Assembly (NCBI RefSeq): GCF_044704955.1 | Contig: NC_091984.1 | Location: 146,072,001 to 146,136,000, forward strand | Source: Pristiophorus japonicus | Taxonomy: Eukaryota | Direction: 5' to 3' | DNA length: 64,000 bases | Shown here: in pieces, positions 13,371 through 27,189 of the stretch | Layout of the letters: each line of letters starts with the position of its first letter | How positions within the stretch are numbered: position 1 is the stretch's first letter | Notes under the pieces: model-generated | The model's input: only the letters and a program-made list of their open reading frames with translations | The model's database searches: none | What the model was told of the DNA's origin: nothing | Position numbers and translations under genes: made by a program

Positions 13371-14050
13371 TAATCCGTAATACCCTTACCCAACAGGGTG
13401 CTGATGGTGCCGGAGAACCAGCCTGAGCCTCAGATCCTGAACTGTCCACTGCAACACTGGACTGAGACACAGAGGGAGCAAAGTGTGTGCAGAGTGGTGA
13501 CTGGCTGGTCCCCTGGTCCCCGAGACCCCTCCCCGACCCCACAGTCCCAACAGGATCCCCCCCCTCGATACCCAGCACCCAGTCCCCCCCAGAGCCCCTG
13601 ACCTCCCCGTGACCCCCATGATCCCCCCCAACCCCCGATCACGCCGGTCCCCCCTGTTCCACGCACAGTCAGCCCCCGATAAAGCCCACCCTCCCCCGGC
13701 CCGGTCTCCCCTCTCCTGGGTAACAGTCTTGCACACACATACACACACCTACAGACAGTGCTGGGTAACAGTCACACACACACACACCTACAGGCGGTGC
13801 TGGGTAAGTCACACTAACACTCAGCGACATGTACACGGTGATACACTGACTGCTCCTCTCCCGAAGCTGAGGCCTCACTTGGTACAGTTTTGTGCTGCTG
13901 CCATGAGCCACCCGTTAAGGAGAGAGAATGCAACATTGTGACTGTGGCCTCCTGCCCCCAGATTGCCCCCAGCAGTCAGCACACAGTGCACAGTGCGATC
14001 CCACCATCGGGGGCAACCCCAACAACCCCAGTGTGCAGAGTGAGAGCCAA

Positions 14051-15157
14051 CAAGCTCCCCGCTGGAGTGGAACTAAACTACAGAACCAGTGGGAACCTGT
14101 TCAACCTGCGCAGTCTCCAGGCCAGATCCAAGGCCACTCCAACCTCTGTCGTCGAGCTACAGTATGTGGACGATGTCTGCATCTGCGCACATACAGAGGC
14201 CGCACTCCAGGACATAGTCGACGTATTTACTGAGGCGTACGAAAGCATGGGCCTTACGCTAAACATCTGTAAGACAAAGGTCCTCCACCAGCCTGCCCTC
14301 ATCACACAGCACTGCCCCCAGTCATCAAGATCCATGGCGCTACCCTGGACACCGTGGACCACTTCCCATATCTCGGGAGCCACCAATCAACAAGAGCAGG
14401 CATCGACGACGAAATCCAACACTGCCTCCATGCGCCAGTGCAGCCTTCGGTCGCCTGAGGAAAAGAGTGTTTGAAGACCAGGCCCTCCAAACTGCCACCA
14501 AGCTCATGGTCTACAGGGCTGTAGTAATACCTGCCCTCCAATATGGCTCAGAGACATGGACCATGTACAGCAGACACCTCAAGTTGCTGGACAAATATCA
14601 CCAACGATGTCTCTGCTAGATCCTACAAATCCCCTGGGAGGACAGGCACACCAACATCAGCGTCCTCAGTCAGGCTAACATCCCCAGCATTGAAGCACTG
14701 CCCACACTCGATAGCTCCGCTGGGCAGGCCACATAGTCCGCATGCTAGACACGAGACTCCCAAAGCAAGTGCTCTACTTGGAGCTCCTTCATGGCAAACG
14801 AGCCAAAGGTGGGCAGCGGAAACGCTACAAGGACACCCTCAAAGCCTCTGATAAAGTGCAACATCCCCACTGACACCTGGGAGTCCCTGGCCCAAGACCA
14901 CCCTAAGTGGAGGAAGTGCATCCGCCAGGGCGCTGAGCACCTCGAGTCTCGTCGCCAAGAGCATGCAGAAACCAAGCGCAGGCAGCGGAAAGAGCGTGCG
15001 GCGAATCTGTCCCCACCCACCCCTTCCCTCAATGACTGTCTGTCTCACCTGTGACAGAGTCCGTGGTTCTCGTATTGGACTGTTCAGCCACAAATGAACT
15101 CACTTCAGGATGGAAGCAAGTCTTCCTCGATTCCGAGGGACTGCCGATGATATGATG
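14051..15157 (+). mobile_element. RTE-clade LINE, 5'-truncated, present only in the left arm
   Basis: YRTSGNLFNLRSLQARSK...LQYVDD...GLTLNICKTKV and a (GAT)-like tail; the equivalent site at ~53455 is empty. Confidence 0.88.
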
Positions 15158-15929
15158 AGACTGGGATGGTTTAATCCCAGCAGCTTTTAGTGTCTCTGTG
15201 TTTCATCTTGTGCACTCCAGGGGTTCGAGGTCAAATTGATCGTTTTAAAATGATTGATAATTGGCTTTGAATCAAATCTCCTGCCGACATGCCATTGATT
15301 GACAGCCCACTCAGCCAATCAGGACAGACACTTACTGAAATGCAGCCAATCCAGCTGAGGGGGAGGTGGGACATTTCCAAAGCACTCGCCAGACACAGAC
15401 TGAATATTATTCACGTTTATTGCCTTTTACAGATTCACATTTACAGAAACAAGACTTGAATAAACAGCCCAGCGAGAGCGAGCTGGAGACATTCACAGGG
15501 AGAATGCAGCTTTATTAAAACAGTTGTGGGGATTTTCCTGTCCCTTTAAACGGGGACTAAACCTTGAATTGTAACAGCAGGGTGAGCAGGGAGGGGGTCT
15601 GCTCACTGAAGCAGCACTTCGTAGTTTAACATTAATTTTACTCTGCTGACAGTCTTCAGCATTTTCGAGAGGTTTTACTTGGCAGCACGAGTCAACACTG
15701 TCCCATCAAACCCTCCCAGGGCAGGTACAGCACGGGTTAGATACAGAGTAAAGCTCCCTCGACACTGCCCCAATAATGTGCCTTACCCCCTGACACTCAG
15801 ATGCTTTCCCTGACCAAGTCCCGAGAAGGAAGAGAGCAGAAATGCAGTGCTGACAATGACCTTTGCCCTCCCGGCTCACCCCCTGTTCTATTTAAAGTTG
15901 CGTCTCCCCCGCGGACTGTCCCTGACACA

Positions 15930-16258
15930 CTACGCACATTCTGCTCTCCTGACTCCCTTGCTGAGGGGAGAGGAGAGGCTCTCGTGGGTGAGGCTGCAGG
16001 AGAAGCTGGCGTTGGACTCCCAGTCGGAGCCAGAGAGGGTCAGCAGGCTGCTGACACTGTAGGTGTTGTCCGAAGCTCGCAGGTAGTCGCTGGTCTGGAC
16101 CCCGGCCGAAATGGTCGCCCCGTCCTTCTTCCACTCCACCTCCACCGCATCGGGGTAGAAGTGATCGGCGAGGCACACCAGGGTGGCAGTGCCCTTGGTC
16201 GTGAGCTCCTCCGGGGAGGGGGGCAGCAGGGTCAGTGTGGGTGGTGTCTTCCCTCGGC
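15930..16258 (-). CDS. IGKC: Ig light-chain kappa-type constant exon, orphan inverted copy
   Basis: Polypyrimidine tract and CAG acceptor at 16261-16259; open frame RGKTPPTLTLLPPSPEELTTKGTATLVCLADHFYPD...SFSCSLTHESLSSPLSKGVRRAECA*; AATAAA on the minus strand at 15516-15511 and 15421-15416. Confidence 0.93.
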
Positions 16259-16489
16259 CTGAAAGGGAGGAGAAGGATGTTTAATAGGTGTATATTCATG
16301 TGTGTGTATGTGTGTGTGTGTCACTGTGGGTGTTTCCGTGTGGGGATAATTCACATCTGATAACGGAGAGTTGGGTTAATGAACTCATGGCTGGCGATTA
16401 ACCATTAGAGGTGAGCAACACTAACTCTTAATCTTCTTTGCCTCGCTTGATAAGTTTAATATAAATATAAATGCGTTTGAAGTTAAGGT

Positions 16490-16960
16490 TTTTAAAAAAA
16501 AAAATCTTTCATTTATATTATGCCTTTCACAACCACCGGACATCTCAAAGCACTTTTCAGCCAATGAAGTACTTTTGGAGTGTCGTCACTGTTGTAATGT
16601 GGGAAACACGGCAGTCAATCTGCGCACAGCAAGCTCCCACAAACAGGGATGTGATAATGATTGATAATCTGTTCTTTTGTCATGTTGGTTGAGGGATAAA
16701 TATTGACCAGGGCACCGGGGAGAACACCCCTGCTCTTCTTCAAAATAGGGTCATTGGATCTTTTACATCTACCTGAGAGGGCAGACGAGGCCTCAGTTTA
16801 AAATTTCATCTGAAAGACGACACCTCCAACAGTGTTGCACTCCCTCAGCACTGCCCTGCAGTGTCAGCCTAGATTTTTGTGCTCAAGTGCCTGGTATGGG
16901 ACTTGAACCCACAACATTCTGAATCAGAGGCGAGAGTGCAACGCACTGAGCCACGGCTGA
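16490..16960 (-). mobile_element. tRNA-derived SINE (DeuSINE/SacSINE-like)
   Basis: The minus strand has A-box TGGCTCAGTG and B-box GGTTCAAGTCC, and an L2-like tail. Confidence 0.8.
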
Positions 16961-17189
16961 TGCTCAAAATCATACTGGGGTGAGGTCAAGGGTGAGGCTA
17001 CAATTAGCCTCAGTGTACCAGGGTCAGGCAGGGTCACTGCTCCCAATGATCCCGTGATCTCCTGGAAGGTCAGAGTGCGTGGACAATGGCCGAGGGTCAG
17101 GATCAGGGCCCTCCCACTTCAATGAAAGAAAGCCTTGAATTTATATAGCGCCTTTCACAACCTCAGGATGTCCCAAGGTGCTTTACAAC

Positions 17190-20100
17190 CAATTGTACAC
17201 AGGAAGATTTACGAGGATGTTGCCTGGACTGGAAAATTTTAGCTCTGAAAAAAGATTGGATAGGCTGGGGTTGTTTTCTTTGGAATAGGAGTCTGAGGGG
17301 AGACCTTATTGAGTTGTATAATATTATGAGGGGCCGAGATAGAGTGGATAGGATGGACCTATTTCCTTCAGCAGATTGGCCAACAACCAGGGCATAGATT
17401 TTAAAGTAATTGCTAGGAGGTTTAGAGGGGATTTGAGGGGAAATATCTTCACCCAGAGGGGGTGGGGATCTGGAAGTCACTGACTGAAAGGGTGGTAGAG
17501 GCAGAAACTCTCATCACTTTTAAAAATTACTTGGATGTACACTTGAAGTGCTGTAACCGACAGGGCTACGGACCAAGAGCTGAAAAGTATGATTAGGCTG
17601 GATAGATCTTTGCTGGCCAGTGCAGACACGATGGGTCGAACGGCCTCCTTTCATGCTGTAAATTTCTCTGATTCTATGAAGCTCCCAGACTGCAATGAGA
17701 TCATGACCAGATCATCGGCTTTAACTATGTTAGTTGTGGGATAAATATTGGCCAGGACACTGGGAAGAACCCCCATGCCCTTCCAATAATGATTATGAGA
17801 TCTTTCATGTTCACTTAAGAGGGCAGATGGGACTTCGGTTTAACGTCTCATCTGAAAGACGGCACCTCTGACAGAGGGAGGATATGTTTGAAGGATCATC
17901 AAATGAGGCCATATGGTTTAAACTGATGAACAGAAAAGGGACGATCACACTGCTGGGAGTGTACTATAGACCCCTAAACAGTCAGAGGGAGATAGAAGAG
18001 AAAATATGTCGGCAAATTGCTGAGAAGTGCAAAAACAATCGGGCAGCAATAGTCAGGGATTTCAACTCCCCTCACATTAACTGGGATGGAATCATGTCAA
18101 AGGTATAGAGGGTGCAGAATTCTTCAAATGCATTCGGGAGAACTTTTACAGCCAGTACGTAGCAAGCCCAGCAAGGGAGGCGCGGTTCTGGGCTTAGTTT
18201 TTGGGAATGAAGCTGGGCAGGTGGAAGGGAGATCAGTGAGAGAGCATTGTGGTGCTCGTGATCATAATTCAGTTAGATTTAGTGTAGTTATGGAAAAGGA
18301 CAAAGGTAGAGCAGGAATAAAGGTTCTCAATTGGGGAAAGGCCAATTTTACTAAGCTGAGAGGTGATTTAGCAAAAGTGGGCTGGAAACAGCTACTTGAA
18401 GGTAAATCAGTGTCAGAGCAGTGGGAGGCAATCAAGGGGGAGATAGTGAGGGTTCAGAGCAAGTATGTTCCCACAAAGGAAAAGGGTGGCACTCCCAAAT
18501 CTAGAGCCCCCTGGATGGCAAAGGGCATTCAGGATAGGTTATGGCAAAAAAGGGAAGCTTATGTCAGATACCCAGAGCTAAATATTGCAGAAAGCCCAGA
18601 GGTGCATAGAAAGTGCAGGGGTGAAATTAAAAAGGAAATTCGAAATGCAAAGAGAGGGCATGAAAAAATACTGGCAAGTAAAATCAAGGAATACTCAAAG
18701 ATGTTTTATAAATACATAATGAGCAAGAGGATAAAGAAAGAAAGATTTGGGCCTATTGGAGACCAAAAAGGTACCCTGTGTGTGGAGGCGGAAGACGGGG
18801 GAATGGTTCTTAATGAATATTTTGCATCTGTCTTCACAGAAGAGAGGGATGATGCAGACATTGTAATTAAGGAGGACAAGTGTGAAATATTTGATGAGAT
18901 AAACATAGTGAGAGAAGAAGTATTAAGGAGCTTAGCATCTTTGATCGTAGAAAAATCACCAGGCCCGGATGAAATGTATCCCAGGCTTTTAAGAGAAGCA
19001 AGTGGGGATATAGCAGAGGCTCTGACCATCATTTTCCAATCTACTCTGGCTACAAGTGTGGTGCCAGAGGACTGGAGGACTGCTAACGTGTACCTTTGTT
19101 TGAAAAGTGAGAAAAGGATAGACCGAGTAATTACAGGCCAGTCAGCCGAACCTTGGTGGAGGGAAAATTATTGAAAACAATAATTGTCATATAGAAAGGG
19201 ACATATTAATCAAGGACAGTCAGCATGGATTTATTCAGGGAAGGTCGTGCCTGACGAACTTGATTTAATTTATTGCGGAGATAACAAGGAGAGTCGATGA
19301 GTTTTGCATCTTTGATGTCGTACACATGGACTTTTGCAAGGTTTTTGGTGAGGTCTCACATGGCAGAAAAGTAAAAAGCCCAGGGATCCAAGGGAAAGTG
19401 GCAAGTTGGATCCAAAATTGGCTCAGTGGCAGGAAGCAAAGTGTAATGATCAACGGGTGTTTTTGTGACTGGAAGGCTGTTTCATGTGGGGTTTCAAGCC
19501 AGGTTTGCTGATAATACAAAGGTGGGAGGAAAAGCAATGTGTGATGAGGATACAAAAAACCTGCAAAAAGACATAGACAGGCAAAGTGAGTGGGCAAAAA
19601 TTTGGCAGATCGAGTATAATGTTGGAAAGTGTGAGGTTATGCACATTGGCAGAAAAAAAATCAAAGAGCAAGTTATTATTCCAATGGAGAAAAATTGCAA
19701 AGTGCTGTAGTACAGCGGGACCTGGGGGTACTTGTGCATGAAACACAAAAGGATAGTATGCAGGTACAGCAAGTGATCAGGAAGGCCAATGGAATCTTGG
19801 CCATTAATGCAATGGGGATGGAGTACAAAAGCAGGGAAGTCTAGCTACAGTTATACAAGATATTGGTGAGGCCATAGCTGGAATATTGCGTGCAGTTTTG
19901 GCTTCAATATTTAAGAAAGGATAGACTTGCTTTGGAGGCAGTTCAGAGAAGGTTCATTAGGTTAATTCCAGAGATGAGGGGAGTTGTCTTTTGAAGAAAA
20001 GTTGAGTAGGTTGGGCCTCGACTCATTGGAATTCAGAAGAATGAGAGGTGATCTTATCAAAACATGTAAGATTATGAGGGGCCATGCAAGGTGGATGCAG

Positions 20101-22040
20101 AGAGGATGTTTCCACTGATAAGGGAGACTAGAACTAGGGGCCTTAATTTTAGAATAAGTGGCCGCCCATTTAAAACTGAGATGAGGAGGAATTTCTTCTC
20201 TCAGAATCTTTAATCTCTAAGTATTCTCTAATCTCCGGATTACTCCCGGTGCCACGAGCTGGTGAATACAGAAATAGGAGGATAGAGCAGATGAATGCGT
20301 GACGGGAGAGATGGTGCAGGCGAGATGCTTTAGGTTCCTGAGGCATTGGGACCTCTTCTGGGGGAGGTGGGACCTGTACAAGCCGACCGGGTTGCTCCTC
20401 AACAGAGCCGGGACCAATATCCTCGAGGGGAGCATTTGCTCGTGCTGTTGGGGAGGGATTAAAATAGCTTGGCAGGGGGATGGGAACTGGAGAATAGATT
20501 CAGTAGGGAGGGGAGTAAAGCTGGAATTAGAAAGCAAAAATAAGGAAAGTGAGTTTGAAGGAGAGAGGAAACAAGCAGATAAAAACGGTAAAAAAACAAA
20601 TTTAAAGGCTCTTTGCCTAAATAACAAAATAGCTGAGTTGATGGCACAAATAGATACAAATGAATATGATCTGATAGCCATTACAGAGACGTGGTTGCAA
20701 GGTGACCAGGACTGAGAACTAAATACTCAGGAGTCCTTGACAATCCGGAAAGGACAGACAGAAAGGTAAAGTAGGTGGGGTAGCTCTGTTGACAAAGGAT
20801 GGAATTACTGCAATAGTGAGAAATTATATTGGCTCAAATGATCAGGATGTTGAAACTGTTTGGGAGGAGATAAGGAATAATAAGGGGAAAAAGTCACTGG
20901 TGGGCATAGTCTATAGGTCCCCTAACAGTAGCAACTCTGTTGGTCGGAGTATAAACCAAGAAATAGTGGGGGCTTGTAAAAATGGAACAGCAATAATTAT
21001 GGGTGATTTTAACCTCCACATTGATTGGATAAATCAAATTGGTCAGGGTAGTCTTGAGGAAGAGTTCATAGAGTACATAAGGGACGGGTTCCTTGAGCAG
21101 TCTGTAATGGAACCAACCAGGGGGCAGGCTATCTTAGATCTGGTCCTGTGTAATGAGACAGGATTAATAAACAATCTCCCAGTAAAGGATCCCCTTGGAC
21201 TGAGTGATGATAACATGGTTCAATTTCAAATTCAGATGGAGGGTGAGAAAGATGGATCTCTAACCAGCGTACTAAGCTTAAATAAAGGAGACTACAAAGG
21301 TATAAGTGCAGAGTTGGCTAAAATGGACTGGGAAAATAGATTAAAGTGTAGGACGGCTGATGAACAGTGGCGTACATATGAAGGAGATATTTCACAACTC
21401 TCAAGAAAAATATATTCTAGTGAGGAGGAAAGGGTGCAAAAGAAAAGATAGCCATCCGCGGCTAACTAAAGAAATAAAGAACGGTATCCAATTAAAAACA
21501 AGGGCATACAAAGTGGCCAAAACTAATGGAAGGACAGAAGATTGGGAAGCTTTTAAAAGCCAACAAAGAATGACTAAAAAAATGATTAAGAAAGGGAAGA
21601 TAGACGATGAAAGTAAACGAGCACAAAATATAAAAACAGATAGCAAGAGTTTCTATCGGTATATAAAAAGGAAAAGAGTGGCTAAAGTAAATGATGGTCC
21701 CTGAGAGGACAAAACCAGGGAATTAGTGATGAGGAACATGGAGATGGCAGAAACTCTGAACAATGATTTTGTATCAGTCTTTACGGTAGAGGACACAGAG
21801 ATGAGGAGGAATTTCTTCTCTCAGAGGGTTGTAAATCTGTGGAATTTGCTGCCTCAGAGAGCTGTGGAGGCTGGGTCATTGAATATATTTAAGACAGAGA
21901 TAGACAGTTTCATAACCAATAAGGGAATAAGGGGTTATGGGGAGCGGGCAGGGAAGTTGACCTGAGTCCATGATCGGATTGGCCATGATCGTATTAAATG
22001 GTGGAGCAGGCTCGAGGGGCTGTGTGGCCTACTCCTGCTC
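17190..22040 (+). mobile_element. Stacked CR1 LINE fragments
   Basis: Endonuclease and RT motifs (GVYYRP, GDFNLH, ILDLVL, KSPGPD, FADNTK) and CR1 3' tails. Confidence 0.88.
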
Positions 22041-22059
22041 CTATTTCGTATGTTCATAA

Positions 22060-22520
22060 AATGAGGAGGAGTGGGACTAATTGGGTAAATCTTTCAAAGA
22101 GCCGGCACAGGCACGATGGGCCGAATGGCCTCCTTCTGTGCTGTAAGATTCTAGGCTGTGAGCGCGGTTCACAGTTTTCTCCCGCGTCATTAACAAACGT
22201 ACAGCTGTGACAACCTCCCTCTTTCACTTCCTCTGTGGGTGAAGTTTCATTCTTCCGATCTGACAGTCTCTTCAGTTATTTTTTGCACGGGGGATTTCTG
22301 CTGTGGTCTGAGTCTCTAATAATAACTGTCCAATAAGGCAGAATAACAGCAGCTCGGACCGGCTAGGACAGCGGACCCAGGCTCAGTGCTGACCCTGCAA
22401 CGTCCTCCTCACCAACATCTGGGGACTTGTGCCAAAAGTGGGAGAGCTGCCCCACAGACTAGTCAAGCACCAGTTTGACATAGTCCTACTCACAGAATCA
22501 GACCTTTCAGCCAATGTCCT
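22060..22520. repeat. Inner inverted duplication, left copy (partner ~32215-32670)
   Basis: Reverse-complement match including a ~250-bp core that is not recognisably transposon-derived. Confidence 0.9.
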
Positions 22521-22769
22521 ACTGCACCCCCACCACTGACCTTCCTGCCCCCGAAATCCGTGAATCCTTAAGCAGGAACCCGTTTGAAGAACAGTTTGTA
22601 TTGAAGTTCTGGGTGTGAAAGAGTCTGTGCTGAGAAAACAATCACTATCACGAGAGAAAAAGTTACTCGGTAAAATAATGGAACTAAAGGTGGACAAGTC
22701 CCCTGGACCTGATGGCCTGCATCCTACGCTCTTCAATGAAGTGGCTGCAGAGATAGTGGATGCATTGGT

Positions 22770-24450
22770 TGAAATGCATCAGAGGGTCTAGTGAGGAGGA
22801 GGAAATGAAGGACATCCTTGTTCGGCAGGAAATTGTGTAAGTGAAATTGATGGGATTGAAGGCCGATAAATCCCCGGGGCCTGATAGTCTGCATCCCAGA
22901 GTACTTAAGGATGTGGCCCTAGAAATAGCGGATGCATTTGTGATAATTTTCCAACAGTCTACTGACTCTGGATCAGTTCCTTTGGACTGGAGGGTAGCTA
23001 ATGTAACACCACTTTTTAAAAAGGGAGGGAGAGAGAAAGTGGGTAATTATGGACCGGTTAGCCTGACATCAGTAGTGGGGAAAATGTTGGAATCAATTAT
23101 TAAGGATGAAATAGCAGCGCAATTGGAAAGCAGTGACAGGATTGGTCCAAGTCAGCATGGATTTATAAAGGGGAAATCATGCTTGACAAATCTTCTGGAA
23201 TTTTTTGAGGATGTAACTGGGAGAGTAGACAAGGGAGAACCAGTGGATGTGGTGTATTTGGACTTTCAAAAGGCTTTTGACTAGATCCCACACAGGAGAT
23301 TGGTGTGCAAAATCAAAGCACTTGGTATTGGGGGTAATATACTGACGCGGATAGAGAACTGGTTGGCAGACAGGAAGCAGAGAGTCGGGATAAATTGGTC
23401 CTTTTCAGAATGGCAGGCAGTGACTAGTGGAGTGCCACAGGGCTCAGTGCTGGGACACCAGCTCTTTCCAATATACATCAATGATTTGGATGAAGGAATT
23501 GAGTGTAATATCTCCAAGTTTGCAGATGACACTAAACTGGGTGGCAGTGTGAGCTGTGAGAGGGATGCTAGGAGGCTGCAGGGTGAATTGGACAGGTTAG
23601 GTGAGTGGGCAAATGCATGGCAGATGCAGTATAATGTGGATAAATGTGAGGTTATCCACTTTGGGGGTAAAAATGCGAAGACAGAATATTATCTGAATGG
23701 TGGCAGATTCGGAAAAGGGGAGGTGCAACGAGACCTGGGTGTCATGGTTCATCAGTCATTGAAAGTTGGCATACAGGTACAGCAGGCGGTGAGGAAGGCA
23801 TTTGGTATGTTGGCCTTCATTGCTAGGCGATTGGAGTACAGGAGCAGGGAGGCCTTACTGCAGTTGTGCAGGGCCTTAGTGAGGCCTCACCTGGAATATT
23901 GTGTTCAGTTTTGGTCTCCTAATCTGAGGAAGGACGTTCTTGCTATTGAGGGAGTGCAGCGAAGGTTCATCAGACTGATTCCCGGGATGGCTGGACTGAC
24001 ATATGAGGAGAGACTGGATCAACTCGGCCTGTATTCACTGGAGTTTAGAAGGATGAGATGGGATCTCATAGAAACAGATAAAATTCTGACGAGACTGGAC
24101 AGGTTAGATGTGGGTAGAATGTTCCCGATGTTGGGGAAGTCCAGAACCAGGGGACACAGTCTTAGGATAAGGGGTAGGCCATTTAGGACTGCGATGAGGA
24201 GAAACTTCTTCACTCAGAGAGTTGTTAACCTGTGGAATTCTCTGCCGCAGAGGTTTGTTGATGCCAGTTCATTAGGTATATTCAAGAGGGAGTTAGATAT
24301 GGCCCTTACTGCTAAGGGGATCAAGGGATATGGAGAGAGAGCAGGAAAGGGGTACTGAGGGAATGATCAGCCATGATCTTATTGAATGGTGGTGCAGGCT
24401 CGAAGGGCCGAATGGCCTACTCCTGCACTTATTTCCGATGTTTCTATGTA
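22770..24450 (+). mobile_element. CR1 LINE, relatively young ORF2 RT 3' half
   Basis: ORFs 22841-23284 and 23300-24358 are separated by one stop; motifs [19 protein letters not shown] and KFADDTKLGG; CR1 tail TTTCTATG. Confidence 0.92.
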
Positions 24451-25905
24451 AATCTACCAAAGTTCCCTGGATTCTGGAGATGTCCCAGCAGATTGGAAAA
24501 CCGCAAATATAACGACCCTATTTACAAAAGGAAGGAGATAGAAAACAATAAACTATAGACCAGTTAACCTAACATCTGTCGTTGGGAAAATGCTGGTGTC
24601 CATTATTAAGAAAGCAGTAATAGGACATTTGGAAAAGCATAATTCAGTCAAGCAGAGTCAGCATGGACTTATGAAAGGGAAATCATGTTTGACACATTTG
24701 CTGGAGTTCTTTGAGGAAGTAATGTGCAGGGTGGATATGGGGGAACAAGTGGATGCGGTGTATTTGGATTTCCAGAAGGGATTCAATAAGGTACCACATA
24801 AAAGAATACCGCACACGATAAGAGAACACGGGGTTGGTGCTAATACATTAGCATGGTTCGAGGATTGGCTAACTAACAGAAAACAGAGAGTCAAGATAAA
24901 TGGGTCATTTTCTGGTCGGCAACCAGTAATTAGTGGGGTTTCACAGGGATCGGTGTTGGGGCCTCACCTATTTACAATCTATATTAATAACTTGGATGAA
25001 CGGATGGAGTGTAAAAAGTCAAAGAGCAAATTATTATTTAAATGGAGAAAGATTACAAAATGCTGTAGTACAGAAGGACCTGGGGGCCCTTGTGTATGAA
25101 ACACAAAAAGTTAGTATGCAGATACAGCAAGTAATCAGGAAGCAAATGGAATGTTGGCCTTAATTGCAAGGGGGATGGAGTATAAAAGCAGAGAAGTCCT
25201 GCTACATCTGTACAGGGTATTGGTGAGACCACACCGAGAGTATTGTGTACAGTTTTGGTCTCCTTATGTAAGGAGGGATATATTTGCACTGGAGGCAGTT
25301 CAGAGAAGGTTCACAAGGTTGATTCCTGAGATGAAGGGGCTGACTTATAAAGAAAGGTTGAGCAGGTTAATCAGAACATAAGAAATAGGAACAGGTGTAA
25401 GACATACGGCCCCTCCGCCATTCAATAAGGTCATGGCTGATCTGATCATGCACTCAGCTCAACTTCCACGCCTGCTCCACATATTCTTGTAAACTCCAAA
25501 GAGTATGAGAGATGAACTTATTGAAACATATAAGATTCTGAGGGGACTCGACAAGATGGATGCAGTGAGGATGTTTCCACTCATACGGGAACCTAGAACG
25601 AGCGGGCAGAGTTTAAGTATAAGGGGTCGGTCATTTGGAACTGAGATGAGGAGGAATTTCTTCTCTCAGAGGGTTGTAAATCTGTGCAATTCTCTGCCCC
25701 AGAGAGCTGTGGAGGCTGGGTCATTGAATATATTGAAGGTGGCGGTAGATGGATTTTTGAACGATAAGGCAGTAAAGGGTTCTGGGTAGCAGGCAGGGAA
25801 GTGGAGCTGAGCCCATTATCAGATCAGCCATGATCTTATTGAATGGCGGAGCAGGCTCGAGGGGCCAAATGGCCTAGTCCTGCTCCTATTTCTTATGTTC
25901 TTATG
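24450..25905 (+). mobile_element. CR1 LINE fragments
   Basis: QHGLMKGKSCLT, YLDFQKGF and EMRRNFFSQRVVNLC motifs. Confidence 0.85.
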
Positions 25906-26390
25906 ATTCTTTGGCCGAGAATTTCCCTGGTCTAGCACCAGCCAATAAGAGGGTTTTGTTCAAATAATCGCAGCCGCCTTGCTTGCGGCCCGGGACACGT
26001 CATCCACCATTTTGGTAAGGGCCGTACCGCTGTCGTTGGCAGCACTCGCCTCACAGTGTGGATTGTCAGATGGTGACACCAATGCCTGGCTCGAGCCATG
26101 ACTGTTAATTGGGGCGTTGGCGCTCACCATATAGCCCTGCCCTAAGCACACACAGAAAAGCAGGCGTGAAGCAGCCCTGCACAGATGCTGTTGGTGCTTC
26201 TTAACGGGGCACACATCTTTCAGGTATGTTGGCATTTAAGCTCTGGTCTGTTTTAAACAATATATTTTATGGAAGTAGTAGCTTGGTGCAATAAATGTTA
26301 AATATTTTCTCAGTGTGCAGGGAATGCAAGGGGTGCTGCTGGACGTGTTAAAGGCCTTGGGTGGTAAAGAAAGGTCCCTGGAAAGACTGA

Positions 26391-26513
26391 GAATGCTGTA
26401 AATACTCAGCAGGTCAGGCAGCATCCATGGAGAGAGACAGAATTAACGTTTCAGCTCAAGCTGCTGTCTGACCTGCTGAGTATTTCCAGCATTTACTGTC
26501 TTTATTTCAGATT
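26391..26513. repeat. Hairpin-forming interspersed repeat
   Basis: Inverted arms AATGCTGTAAATACTCAGCAGGTCAGGCAGC ... GCTGTCTGACCTGCTGAGTATTTCCAGCATT. Confidence 0.7.
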
Positions 26514-27189
26514 TCCAGCTTCTGCTCGCAAAGGGAGGAGAGGAAGTGGAAGGAAGGAGGCAACCCAGACAGCCACTTTCTGGCCGGGATATCCGGGATC
26601 GAATCATCCGCCTGTGGTCCCAGTGACCACATCTCCAATCCCTTTTCAACTTTAGTCCCATTCCTTACCGTCTCTCTGTTACTGACCATCACAGCGTCCT
26701 CTTGGCCACAGTGCTGAAATAAAATCGTGAATCTTCGGAAATCTCTATTCCAGAGAGCTGTGGAGGCTGGGTCATTGAATATATTTAAGATGGAGATAGA
26801 CAGATTCTTGAACTACGGGGAGTCACGGGTTGTGGGGAACAGGTGGGGAAGTGGAGTTGAGGCCAAGATCAGATCAGCCATTACCTTATTGAATGGTGGA
26901 CCAGCTCGAGAGGCCGTACGGCCCACTCCTGTTCCTTTTCCTTATATTCTTGTGTATGAGTCCTGATTGCTAGAGTTTGTTGGCAGGTGGGTGATGGGGG
27001 CGTGGTGCATTGAGCAGCGTGTGAGGCTAGTGGTGCTGTTGGTGGGACACGGACTTTGAAGATGAATTCTCTGACCTTGACCACTCCGTTAGGTCATTGA
27101 ACATTTGGTGGCACTGCATCCAGGTCCTCAGGTCCTGGTCTCACTGCCTTTGAAACGTTTGTCTGGTGCAGCCTCCTCGCTCCCTTGGA

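Larger units (their letters stand above)
13740..19495. repeat. Inverted duplication, left arm, containing the C exon (partner ~48720-53760)
   Basis: Reverse-complement similarity across the 3' flank, C exon, intron end, SINE and CR1. Confidence 0.92.

Noticed and set aside
23300-24358. 352-aa ORF as a host gene
   Set aside because: It is the RT C-terminal half of a 5'-truncated CR1 with an upstream stop.
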